From Chiloscyllium plagiosum (Eukaryota): DNA of 20,000 bases. The stretch lies in the NCBI RefSeq assembly GCF_004010195.1, contig NC_057758.1, positions 8,269,834 through 8,289,833 of the forward strand. The letters run 5' to 3'. The translations under genes were made by a program, and so were the position numbers. This document shows positions 1-9,386 of the stretch, in pieces (the stretch's first letter is position 1; each line of letters begins with the position of its first letter). Under the pieces are notes generated by a model. That model saw nothing but the letters and a program-made list of their open reading frames with translations. It was not told the DNA's origin and did not search any database.

Positions 1-108
1 GGATAGAACAGCAGTGTACACAGCCCGCCGAATAGCATCCGAGTGCGCCCGAAATATTCTGGGAGATTCTGTGACCTTGGAATTCGACTTTCTTCCCCAT
101 GCTTCCAG

Positions 109-320
109 CGAGCCGAACAGACGAACAAACTGTTTGCTTCCTTACCGATTATGAAAATGACTGTAAAAAAGCTAGTGCCATGTGCTCAGTCAATGTGTGC
201 CCAACAGTTTAGGTATAACCTGTTCTGAGGCTGTGCCAGCCTGAAGAACACTGTTGCAAGAATCGGCGATCTCAGACACAAGTGCCGCACGAGAGCCATG
301 AGGATACTGACTTCAGTTGA
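109..320 (+). pseudogene. Beta-defensin-like mature-domain exon (copy A), disrupted by two in-frame stops
   Basis: Polypyrimidine tract and acceptor ctttcttccccatgcttccag| end at 108. The phase-1 reading gives xSRTDEQTVCFLTDYENDCKKASAMCSVNVCPTV*V*PVLRLCQPEEHCCKNRRSQTQVPHESHEDTDFS*, i.e. C-x6-C-x4-C-x11-C-x5-CC. Stops are TAG 210-212 and TAA 216-218. This frame is absent from the ORF track. Confidence 0.8.
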
Positions 321-339
321 TTCTTAATTTGACTGTGGA

Positions 340-571
340 GTCAAAGTAAGGTCGGACTGTTTAACCGATGTTCACGGAGAGGTGTGACTTAAAACTAGCT
401 GAATTGTTAACCAGTCCTTGTCCATGCCGCATTCGGTGCCAAATGCACAGAGAAGTCTAAGTAAGGTCGGACTGTTTAACCGATGTTCATGGAGAGGTGG
501 GACTTAAAAAACCAGCTGAATTGTTAACCAGTCCTTGTCCATGCCGCATTCGGTGCCAAATGCACAGAGAA
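340..571 (+). repeat. Tandem duplication, 2 x ~116 bp (340-454, 455-571)
   Basis: The unit gtc(a/t)aagtaaggtcggactgtttaacc...aaatgcacagagaa occurs twice here and once in the paralogous copy (about 11504-11618). Confidence 0.95.
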
Positions 572-849
572 CACTGGTGAAAGCACAGGACGTCTGGTAG
601 TTTTAGCGCACAGAGAGGAAATCAGAATTAGCATTTTGAGTCTGGTTGGACTTTTCTGCAGAGAGAAACCCCAACTATTCTGGCAGCAAATACATGCAGA
701 GTGAGAAATGAAGGGGGGTGGAGGGAGAGAGTGAGAAAGAGAGAGAGAGAGCGAGAGAGGGATAACACAGAGGGCGGAATATTGTTCAAGATCAAGGAAT
801 GAAAGATTATCGCAAATGCAGAGGAATATGATTTAGAATGAAAACAGCC

Positions 850-1035
850 ATGATCAGGGATTTGATTAAAAGTTACAGAATACTCAACGACCTGGATAGA
901 ATGGGCATGACGAAGATGTATCCGTCTTTGGGAAAGGCTGGGATCCGAGGGCAAAGCCTCAGAGTAACGGGGCACACCTCGAGAATTGATTAAGGAATAA
1001 CTTCTTCAGGCAGAGAATTGGTGAATCGTGAAACT
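850..1035 (+). mobile_element. CR1-type LINE ORF2 C-terminal fragment, decayed; 3' end resumes at about 1821-1970 (paralog about 11897-12082 and 12868-13017)
   Basis: Degenerate RGDLI.YKIL..LDR...KMFP...RGHSLR...RNFF.QR.VN.WN pattern. The resumed part ends in a tatgattctatg tail. Confidence 0.7.
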
Positions 1036-1039
1036 AATA

Positions 1040-1820
1040 TGAAGCCCATCCCACCTACACTATTCCATGAATGTCCAATGACGACTTAAATGCACTTTAA
1101 CTTGGCGAATCTACTAGCGATGCAGGCAAAGCATTCCATACCCTTACTACTCTCTGCGTAAAGAACCTACATCTGACATCTGTCTTATACCTATCTCCCC
1201 TCACTTTAAAGTTGTGTCCCCTCGTGTTTGCCGTCTCCATTCTTGGAAAAAGGCTCTCCCTGTCTACCTTATCTCACCCTCTGATTATCTTTTATGTGTC
1301 TATTAAGTCACCTCTCAACCTTCTTCTCTCTGACGAGAACAGCCTCAAGGCCCTCAGCCTTTCCTCGTAAGACATTCCTTCCATACCAGGCAACATCCTA
1401 ATAAATCTCCTCTGCACCCTTTCCAAAGCTTCTGCATCCTTCTTATAATGCGGTGATCAGAGCTGTACACAATACTCCAAGTGTGGCCGTATCAGAGCTT
1501 TGTACAGCTGCAGCATAACCTCCTGGTTCCGGAAATCAATCCCTCTATTAATAAAGGCCAAAACACCGTATGCCTTCTTAACAACCCTGTCAATCTGGGT
1601 GGACATTTTCAGGGATCTGTGTACATGGACACCGAGATCTCTCTGCTCAGCTTCACTCCCAAGAATCCTACCATTAGCCCACTACTTTGCATCCCGATTA
1701 CTCCAGTCAAAGTGAATCACCACACACTTGTCCGCATGAACTCCATTTGTCACCGCTCAGCCCAGCTCTGCATCCAATCTATGTCTCTCTGCAATCTACT
1801 ACACCCTTCGTCAGTTTCCA
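1040..1820 (-). mobile_element. CR1-type LINE (RT C-terminal region to 3' end)
   Basis: Reverse strand encodes LQRDID..QSWAE.WQMEF, QRDLGVHVH, VVKKAYGVLAFINRGI, LYKALIRPHLEYCVQ, LERVQRRF motifs with stops and frameshifts. Confidence 0.92.
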
Positions 1821-3298
1821 GATAGACAGGCTCTTGATTGGTAAGACGATCACGAGTTACTGTAGGGGTGGGGTCGGTTGGAACGCATGAGGTCTGATCG
1901 AATGTTGGAGCATGTCCAGGAGCAATATGGTCAAATTCTGCATTTAAGTTTCACAATTGTATGATTCTATGGAATGAGGCAGCAGGCTTAATGACCAAGT
2001 GAACGACAATGGTCCCTTATGCGTGTATCTGCAGCTGTTAAGTGCAAATGGGGCTTCACATTGTCAGGCGTCAGTGGTAATGAATGTGAGCGAGTCGAGG
2101 TTGACCAAAAAGAGAGTACCGCAGTTTCCGAGAGCTCACACTGAGAAAATGATCTCACTGTCAGTGGGCTAAAACTGTGGGAGTGCCGCATTATCGGAGT
2201 GTCAGTGTAACTTGAATAGAACGGGGGAGTCATGAGAATTTACAAGCCGCTCTGCACAGTCATGTCAAAGTGTCAGTAATGAGGGAGCAAAAAATCAGTC
2301 TGTCGGATGGGCTGCACTGGGGTCAGCACTCGGTACTGGAAAGCCAGATCTGGTGGAGCACCACACTGTTGGAGAGTCAGTTCTTATGTAATCCTGCACA
2401 TACACAAGTGCAATCCAGCATGATTTGCTGAATGATGGTGAGTTAGGTTGGAATACACATGGCGGGGTAGAAGCAGGAAATTGAGCAAGGGTTGCTCTGC
2501 ACAGAGATCTCCAGACATACCAGGATGACCACAAAATGGCGAGACGATTATATTGATATTTCTGATTCCTGTAGTTATTCCGTGCCCTCACTGACCAACA
2601 GACAAATTCATTAACACATTTATCCCGTGAGAATCCAAACCATCATACCTGACAGTTCCAAACCATCTTCTTGGCATGTCTATCTGACGACAGGGTCGAA
2701 CCATCCAGAGTGGGCTGCAAAGTGGCAAACCAATGGGAGGAGATTCCAGTCGGTTGGAGCAATTCTCGGGTCCCAAGAATTGATTGGACCAAACGTGGCC
2801 GATGGCAGAGGTGGGGGCCTTGAATGTGCACCCATCCGAGAAACACTGGGAAGAGATAAAGGAATACTACCGCAGGAGAAAACATCAGTGTTAATCTCGC
2901 ATTCGACAGCAGCTTTTGAAACATACGTTTGTGTGTGTGTGTGTTTGCTCTTCTAATAAAAACTTGTTCAAGCATTATTAATAAAAGTCAATCAGAAATC
3001 AGTTTTAATGGGCGGAGAAGTTATAGACATGCATCGTTTTTACTCACTCATGCCACGTGAGCATCTCTGGCTATCCAGCATTTAATGCCCAACTTTAGTT
3101 TCCCCCTTAACAAGGTGGTTGTGAGTGCTTGCTCGCCATGGTCTCACATTGCTATATGGGAGACTGTTCAGAAATGAGACTCAGTGACATGGAAGGAAAG
3201 GCCGGTTTGGATTGGGGAAGATGACTCAGAAATCCATTACAGTTCAGACTTGTTTCAAACATCGACAAAATAACTGAATTTCAGAGCTGAAATGAAGG

Positions 3299-3602
3299 TC
3301 GCAAAACTGGTCTCAATGGATATCAAGGGGCAAACTCTCCATTGGTTAGGGTGGTAATCACAAGATATGCCAAATGTCAAGGTTGTTGGAGGTCAGTAAC
3401 CTCAGAACCAGAACATCTCTCCTCAGGATAGTGACCAAGGCTAAATTATCGTCAGCTACTCTACCATAACGTCATGATTACGGATGTTGCTGATGACTGC
3501 CCAATGTTCATCATCATTTGCATCTACCTAGTTACGGAAGCAGTCCATTTTAAAGTGCAACAATATGAGTACGATGTCTAGGCTCGGCTGGCAAGTGGCA
3601 AG
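3299..3602 (+). mobile_element. Decayed LINE RT fragment (paralog of 14395-14698)
   Basis: KLVSMDIKGQTLHWL, VVGGQ and ADDC remnants. Confidence 0.7.
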
Positions 3603-3776
3603 GCAAACAGAAGACTGCAGATTCTAGAGATAAGAGCCCAGAGTGTGGTCTGGAAAAGCATCACTGGCCAGACAGCATCTGCGGAGCAGGAAAATCAACG
3701 TTCAGATTAAAGCACTACCTCAGGGCTTTTGCCCAAAACATCGATATTCCTGCTCCTCGAACGTTGCCTGGTTTGC
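3603..3776. mobile_element. Decayed fold-back Penelope-like terminal repeat remnant, cut by the gap (paralog of 14699-14898)
   Basis: Similar to the 19618-19997 repeat. The second half is an inverted copy of the first. Confidence 0.65.
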
Positions 3777-4276
3777 NNNNNNNNNNNNNNNNNNNNNNNN
3801 NNNNNNNNNNNNNNNNNNNNNNNNNNNNNNNNNNNNNNNNNNNNNNNNNNNNNNNNNNNNNNNNNNNNNNNNNNNNNNNNNNNNNNNNNNNNNNNNNNNN
3901 NNNNNNNNNNNNNNNNNNNNNNNNNNNNNNNNNNNNNNNNNNNNNNNNNNNNNNNNNNNNNNNNNNNNNNNNNNNNNNNNNNNNNNNNNNNNNNNNNNNN
4001 NNNNNNNNNNNNNNNNNNNNNNNNNNNNNNNNNNNNNNNNNNNNNNNNNNNNNNNNNNNNNNNNNNNNNNNNNNNNNNNNNNNNNNNNNNNNNNNNNNNN
4101 NNNNNNNNNNNNNNNNNNNNNNNNNNNNNNNNNNNNNNNNNNNNNNNNNNNNNNNNNNNNNNNNNNNNNNNNNNNNNNNNNNNNNNNNNNNNNNNNNNNN
4201 NNNNNNNNNNNNNNNNNNNNNNNNNNNNNNNNNNNNNNNNNNNNNNNNNNNNNNNNNNNNNNNNNNNNNNNNNNNN
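3777..4276. other. Assembly gap (500 N)
   Basis: Run of exactly 500 N. Confidence 1.
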
Positions 4277-4506
4277 CCCCAAAGTCTCCATTTCATTCAT
4301 ACACTGTGGTGATCCGGTCTGAACATGGTCTTCTGACTGCCGTGTAACCAAATGTCTACACAGCAGCTAAGCTGCAACAAAGACAATGTCATCGCGGTAT
4401 CCTGCCTATTCTCTGACCATTGCTTTCGTCCCTGTCATTATGTTAGAACTCTGATCTGAATGGGAAATGAAATTTGGACAATTTATGTTTGTTGATGTCG
4501 TTTAGT

Positions 4507-4512
4507 TTTATT
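4507..4512 (-). promoter_or_regulatory. Putative polyadenylation signal of the minus-strand defensin-like gene
   Basis: tttatt on + is AATAAA on -, about 100 nt after the TGA at 4611-4609. Confidence 0.45.
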
Positions 4513-4608
4513 CATATGTGTGAGAAGGCAGTGCGTCAGGACTCATTGTATTGAGACCATGAAATGAAGATTGAATTGGTGAGATGACAGATCTCTCCAT
4601 TCGGAAAC

Positions 4609-4775
4609 TCAAAGGCTTTCCAGAGGTGCATGTTTCCTTTTCTTCATCGCTGGCAAGAAAGGCATGCAGCACACTTAGAAGTGTGGGCATGCCCCATCGG
4701 TCCTCACTGAAATTGTCTCATTACATGGTACTTTACTGCAGTAACTTCGCTCTAAAACACATGGAATGATTGGAT
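4609..4775 (-). pseudogene. Beta-defensin-like mature-domain/terminal exon with one premature stop
   Basis: Minus strand: long pyrimidine tract ttttttctcttttgttctgtctccgag| (GAG acceptor, atypical). Phase-1 reading is xPIIPCVLERSYCSKVPCNETISVRTDGACPHF*VCCMPFLPAMKKRKHAPLESL*, the same C-x6-C-x4-C-x11-C-x5-CC spacing. Premature TAA at 4677-4675. AATAAA lies about 100 nt downstream. Confidence 0.82.
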
Positions 4776-5164
4776 CTCGGAGACAGAACAAAAGAGAAAA
4801 AATATTCTTCAATGTTAACATTCCACACACTGGATATCCTCCTGTGGTCTCACTGGGGGGCATAAAGCCAGAAAATGCAGATTGCAGTCTCTCGTTTCTA
4901 ATAGTAATTTGTTGGGGTCGCTGTTGTACATATTGCTTGAAGTGGTTTCCATTATTGTTTGTGAATACCAGACCTGCATGCAGTGCTGCAGCTCTGACCT
5001 GCTATTGATATAGCCGATTGGGAACTGATCAGTTTGTTCACAGTGTGTAAATATTTGGGAAGACGGACTGCAACGTTTCTGAGCACGTTGCTTCAGGAAC
5101 TGAGAATCGATAGGAAACATCAGCTGGCTTAAAGGTGAACAGATCCCCTGGTCCGTAACTCAGT

Positions 5165-5405
5165 GACTTCATTATTCAGAGAGTTGTTGGGATATGGAAC
5201 ATCGCTGCCAAGGAGAGAAGTGGAGGCAGATTCGACAGAAGCTTTCAAAAGAGAATTGGATATTCATTTGAAGGGGATGAATTGAGAGGGATATGGAGGT
5301 AGGGATGGAGAATTGTGTTAACTTTGCAGCTCTTACTGGAGCCGGGGCAGAAACAATGGATAGAATGGTCGCGCTCTGAACTGGAAATTCTATGATTATT
5401 ATATG
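5165..5405 (+). mobile_element. CR1-type LINE 3' end, decayed
   Basis: QRVVGIWN..P...VEADS..AFKRELDIHL remnant and an attctatgatt tail. Confidence 0.75.
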
Positions 5406-5674
5406 ATGGGCAGCTGATGAAGCCTTGCTAAAAGCGGGGTGATTACAGACCAATCTTAAAGGTGGAAATAGAAGTGGTTAGTGTTAAATAATTTCTTGTG
5501 CAACAGAAGTCTTGAGGCACGGGCAACATAGACAGTTTTAATAATACAGCTTAGATCAAAGAAGACCGGACTTGGCGGAATTCAGATATTGTAAAAGCGT
5601 TCAAACTGCAGCCACTGCAGATATCAGATCAACTACACCCACAACTACAATTTCCAGGCTTTTCCCAATACTTC

Positions 5675-6190
5675 AGCGATTCCCTTACTGCTTGAAAAAT
5701 CTGTCAGTCTCACCTTTGAACACACAATTCTCTTGGGGAGAGAATTGCCTGCATTTACAACAATCCAATAGAAGAAACTTCACACCAAGAATGTTTTAAA
5801 TTGTCAACACTTCATTTTAAGACGAGGCCCTCTGGTCCTACATTCTCACATAAGATCAATCGACCTCTCACCAGTTAAACTGAAAATACGTTTAAGAGCC
5901 ATTTATTATTCAATAAGCTCACCTTGTATTCTTCGAAACTCCAACGAGTCCTCGTCTAACCTACGGAACATCTGATTAGACCGTCCGTCCATAACTGGAA
6001 TCAGCCCAATGAACTTTCTGTGGTCTGCCTTTCTTCAGGTATGCTGCCCGAAACTGTTCACAATATTCCATTATGCCGACTCGAGTCGTGTTTACCTTCA
6101 GTGAAACCTCTTGAATTTCATAATCCAATCCACTTGAATTTAAAGTCCGGCAAAGCCATGCGTATATTTAAACAAATCTGGTGAACTGTT
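5675..6190 (-). mobile_element. CR1-type LINE ORF2 C-terminal fragment, heavily decayed
   Basis: Reverse strand shows EYCEQF, SLEFRRIQGELIE and RTRGPRLK remnants. Confidence 0.7.
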
Positions 6191-6300
6191 TGCAAATGCT
6201 TCTGCGACAGATATTATTACACAACTTTGAAACATGTAGAATTTGAAACCTCCATTGCATCACAACATTCGCCCTTTCACTGAGTTGTCGCATGAATTGC

Positions 6301-6436
6301 ACATCTGCTTGGCGATCAATATTTGCAATAAGAAAAAAATGCAAGCATACGATTTTTTGTACAGACTAGAAATTATGATCGACATCTTTCTGTGCGCAAT
6401 TTTTTTTTTCTTCCAAGATTACAGAGAAAGGAACGA
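6301..6436 (-). pseudogene. Decayed beta-defensin-like exon, candidate partner of the 6582-6645 signal exon (145-nt intron)
   Basis: Acceptor taatatttcag|. Phase-1 reading FVPFSVILEEKKNCAQKDVDHNF; after a 1-nt frameshift it continues VCTKNRMLAFFSYCKY*SPSRC. C1, C3 and C4 are kept with x11 between C3 and C4. C2 (CAT) and C5 (AGC) are mutated. Confidence 0.4.
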
Positions 6437-6581
6437 CTGAAATATTAACGTGAATGAACACACATGATCAACCCAAATAGAAGCAAAGAGCATAGTGACC
6501 ACCGTTCAAAGCAGTGCTGCCCTCGTTTGACCACATGAAGTTGTGCAAATCTCTGTAAGGAAGTTTAACTGGGGTACTTAC

Positions 6582-6645
6582 AATTTTTCTGGCCTTCCAC
6601 CAACACCAGCTTTCCAATCAGCAAAAGCAGTGTCAACCACTTCAT
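6582..6645 (-). CDS. Signal-peptide exon of a small secreted protein (likely defensin-like gene), intact
   Basis: ATG at 6645 reads MKWLTLLLLIGKLVLVEGQKN plus 1 nt, followed by a consensus donor T|GTAAGTA (phase 1). It has a basic N-terminus, a hydrophobic core and a V-E-G cleavage-type motif. Upstream acceptor-like sites (ctgtgtttcag near 6677, ccacaacag near 6648) suggest a separate 5' UTR exon. Confidence 0.75.
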
Positions 6646-6929
6646 CACTGTTGTGGCGAGAGGAAAAATGACAAGACTGAAACACAGATCATCATTTTAT
6701 GGTTTCAAAGATGGCCCTGTTTTTCATCACAGACATAACTATGACTGGCACCAGTTTGAATTATGTTGAAAATTATCTCACTAACTGAGACAGGGAGTGA
6801 ATGGAACGGAAGTTCAAAGCTATCTCCTTAAAGTTTACATGTTGTACCGAACAAAGTTACCGGCCTGAGTAATGAGAGAACTAAAGAAGATCGAAATAAT
6901 TTATTTCTCGGAAATCAGTAGCACGATGA

Positions 6930-7185
6930 ACCCGTTTAGTTCCTCGAAACTGCGCAGCTGCTCGGAAGACCATGTATATTCTGTGGGTGATCTCCATATG
7001 CCTGCCTTGAGAACACATCCCTTGACATCCTTCCTCAATAAAAATGTGTCTATCTCAGATTTAAATCTAAGAATTGAAATATCATCAGCCGCCATTTGAA
7101 GATGGCATTTCTGAACCGACACTACTCTGTGTGTAGAAGTGCTTTCTATTACCTCTCCTGAATGACGCTGACAGAATTCTTAGGT
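6930..7185 (-). mobile_element. CR1-type LINE 3' end, decayed
   Basis: ORF 6901..7122 remnant RFKSEIDTFLLRKDVKG, typical of the CR1 ORF2 terminus. Confidence 0.7.
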
Positions 7186-7204
7186 AATTTGGACATCGTT
7201 TACT

Positions 7205-7340
7205 GGAACCAGCATTTATTGCTTGTTCTCAGTTGCCCTCTCGAGAAAGTGGTAGTAAGATGCCTTCTTGAACTGATGCAGTCTGAGTGCTGCAGGTTGA
7301 CTTACAATACCCTTCGGAAGGGAATTCGTCCCAGCACAAT
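7205..7340 (-). mobile_element. LINE 3' end fragment, same family as 16622-16795 (related pieces at about 3060-3200 and 14156-14296)
   Basis: ccagcatttattgc...ttcttgaactgatgcag is the reverse complement of the motif at 16700-16770. Confidence 0.6.
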
Positions 7341-7453
7341 TTTTGACTTTTAATTCAAATTGTGGACATTGTTTCTGTTTATCTCCCCTGACTTTCGCTA
7401 CTGACTCCCTGAAGTCGTTGATTAGACCATCCTTTCACGGTTCAGATTCCGAG

Positions 7454-7651
7454 ATGAAAAGGCTCTCATCACTCCTCAGAAATTAAGACGTGATGTTCAG
7501 GGTTTGTGCTTGTGCTCTTGTAATGAAATCTTTCCAATGCCTAAAGCTCCTTCCTGAAGACGTTGGCAGAGGAAATGGTTTGTGTTTCGGGTATTCCCAG
7601 AGGATTGGAGTTCTGTTGCTATCCGTTGTATTATATAATGGACTCTGTCAA
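7454..7651 (+). pseudogene. Decayed two-exon beta-defensin-like gene (candidate)
   Basis: ttcag|..ATG MKRLSSLL.. to CAGG|gtttgt (7501), then aaag| at 7546. Allowing small frameshifts, it reads (R/C)WQRNGLCFGx(F/C)PEDWSSVAIRCIIxNGLCQ. Several repairs are needed and the intron is only 45 nt. Confidence 0.35.
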
Positions 7652-7681
7652 TGGAGAATGGAAGCAGATCTCGAATGACAA

Positions 7682-7933
7682 AATCCCTACAGTGTGGAAG
7701 TCAGTGATTCGGCCATCGTGTCCACATCGACTGTTTGAAAAACATCCCACTGAGACGCACCAGAAAACTTTGATCCTGTCAGCCTGCATTTCCGATGCTA
7801 TGGAGGCTGATCACCAGGAGGCAACGCAAGCAAATGCAGGGAGAAGTTCAAACAATTAGTCACCCATTTGTGGAATCGACACGAGGTCCCTGGCACTGTT
7901 AAGCAGCAGGGCTAATCACTGAGCACCAGTGCC
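7682..7933 (-). mobile_element. Old HE1/V-SINE-like tRNA-derived SINE
   Basis: Reverse complement resembles 18314-18611 (tail ttccacactgtaggga, head ggtgctcagtgattagccctgctgc). Confidence 0.7.
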
Positions 7934-8029
7934 TCATGGTGTATTAAACAAATATTTAGGAAAGTAACAAAACTCCCACTTGACCAGAACAATGGAAGAA
8001 ATGGAAGGTATCGAGGAAATGTATACCTT

Positions 8030-8737
8030 GATGAATGATAGTGAACGTGCCTTTGTGCGGGGCAGACCATGTTTCACAAGCCTAATGGAACTATTTGAGA
8101 ATGTGGCAAAACACATTAATCAGGGCAGAGCACTTGATGTACTCGAGATGAATTGCAGCATGGCGTTTGCTAATTCAGAAAGTAACAACGCGTGAGATTC
8201 AGGGAAATCTCGCTGTCTGGATATAGATTTGCCTGGCCCACAGAAGAGGAGAATAGTCGTAGATAGAAAGTATTCAGCCTGGATCTCAGTGGCCAGTGGT
8301 GTTCTGCAGGGGTCTGTTCTGGAAAATTTGTTCATTGTGATTTTTATAAATGACTCGCATGTGGAAGTGAAAGGGTGTTTAGACAAATATGCCGATGACA
8401 CAAAGGTTACTGCGGGTCCTGATATGTGGAGTGCTGTTATAGGTTGTAACGGGAGACTGACAGGATGTACAGCGGGTCTGAGAGGTAACAGGCAGATTCT
8501 AACTAGAAAAAGCGTAAAGTGTTTCATTGTGAAATTTGGAATTATAATGTTGATTACAGGGGTAAAGGCAAGATTTTTGTCATTGTGGTGGAACAGAGGG
8601 ATCTTGGGATGCACGCACATAGATTCCTGAAAGTTGCCACCCAAGTTGAAAGGGTTGTTCAGAAGGTGTATGATGTGCTGGCTATTGTTAGCAGCGGAAT
8701 CAGATTACGAACCGCAAGGTTATGCTGCATGTCTATG
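8030..8737 (+). mobile_element. CR1-type LINE reverse transcriptase, decayed; 3' end continues at about 8958-9260
   Basis: ORF remnants FVRGRPCFTSLMELFE..QGRALDV, SGVLQGSVL..FIND..YADDTKV, EQRDLG and RKNFFSERAIDLWNSL. Confidence 0.93.
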
Positions 8738-8957
8738 AACCCACCCATTCCCCTACGCCTAACACTGCGGGCAATTTAGCACGGTCAATTCACCTGACCT
8801 GCACATCTTTGGACTGTGGGAGGAAACCGGAGAAAACCCACGCAGACACGGGGAGAATGTGCAAACTCCACACAGTCAGTCGCCTGAGTCGGGAATTGAA
8901 CCAGGTCTCTGAGCGCTGTGAGGCAGCAGTGCTAACCACTGTGCCACCGTACTGCCC
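8738..8957 (-). mobile_element. HE1/V-SINE-like tRNA-derived SINE inserted in the CR1
   Basis: Minus strand: A-box tggcacagtgg, B-box ggttcaattcc and core tgtggagtttgcacattctcccc. Close match to 18314-18611. Confidence 0.93.
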
Positions 8958-9386
8958 AAAAGGGATGCTTCCTCAGGTCGGGATTTGTAGAAGGATAGGT
9001 CCATGTTTTAAAATAAAGGTATGAATTCAGAACATAGATGAGGAAGAATTTTTTTTCTGAAAGAGCCATCGATTTGTGGAACTCTCTGACGCGGGATGCA
9101 GTGAATGCTGGGATACTAGTAAACGTAAAGAAGAGGTGGACAGATTTTTACCTGACTTCGGCTGAAGAGATGGGACTGGAATGTAGAGTTGGCGGTTGGG
9201 AAAAGGTCAACCATGATTACATTAAATGACCGCTGGCTTGAGGGATTTCCTATCCTTCTCCTTTTCCTTGTTCTTCACCTCTCACACAACACAATTAACC
9301 CTGGGCTCATTTATTATAATGAGACACTGGCACGTTCCCTGCACCCTTTCCTCCAGCAAACCAACTCTGTTACCGAAATGATTTAA

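Larger units (their letters stand above)
1..3776 (+). repeat. Segmental duplication, copy 1 (truncated by window start and by the N gap)
   Basis: Collinear, high-identity match to 11165-14872 by direct reading, including the same nested repeats and the defensin-like exon. Scattered substitutions and a few indels. Confidence 0.97.

Noticed and set aside
43..228. ORF 43..228 (and 11207..11392) as the coding frame
   Set aside because: It starts in a CR1 tail at a non-ATG codon. The meaningful cysteine pattern is in a different frame.
2035..2144. VKCKWGFTLSGVSGNECE, resembling an EGF or sushi fragment
   Set aside because: Only two cysteines, and the preceding AG has no clear pyrimidine tract. 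Likely chance.
3643..4351. Long ORFs spanning 3643-4351
   Set aside because: Artefacts of the 500-N gap.
4675..4863. Kazal-like (PVCG...GAC) or four-helix cytokine reading of ORF 4675..4863
   Set aside because: The N-terminal half is a pyrimidine-tract intron end. Reading through the TAA completes an exact defensin CC pattern, which explains the sequence better.
8229..8630. Reverse transcriptase ORF (YADD) as an active or domesticated gene
   Set aside because: Fragment of a stop- and frameshift-ridden CR1 LINE.
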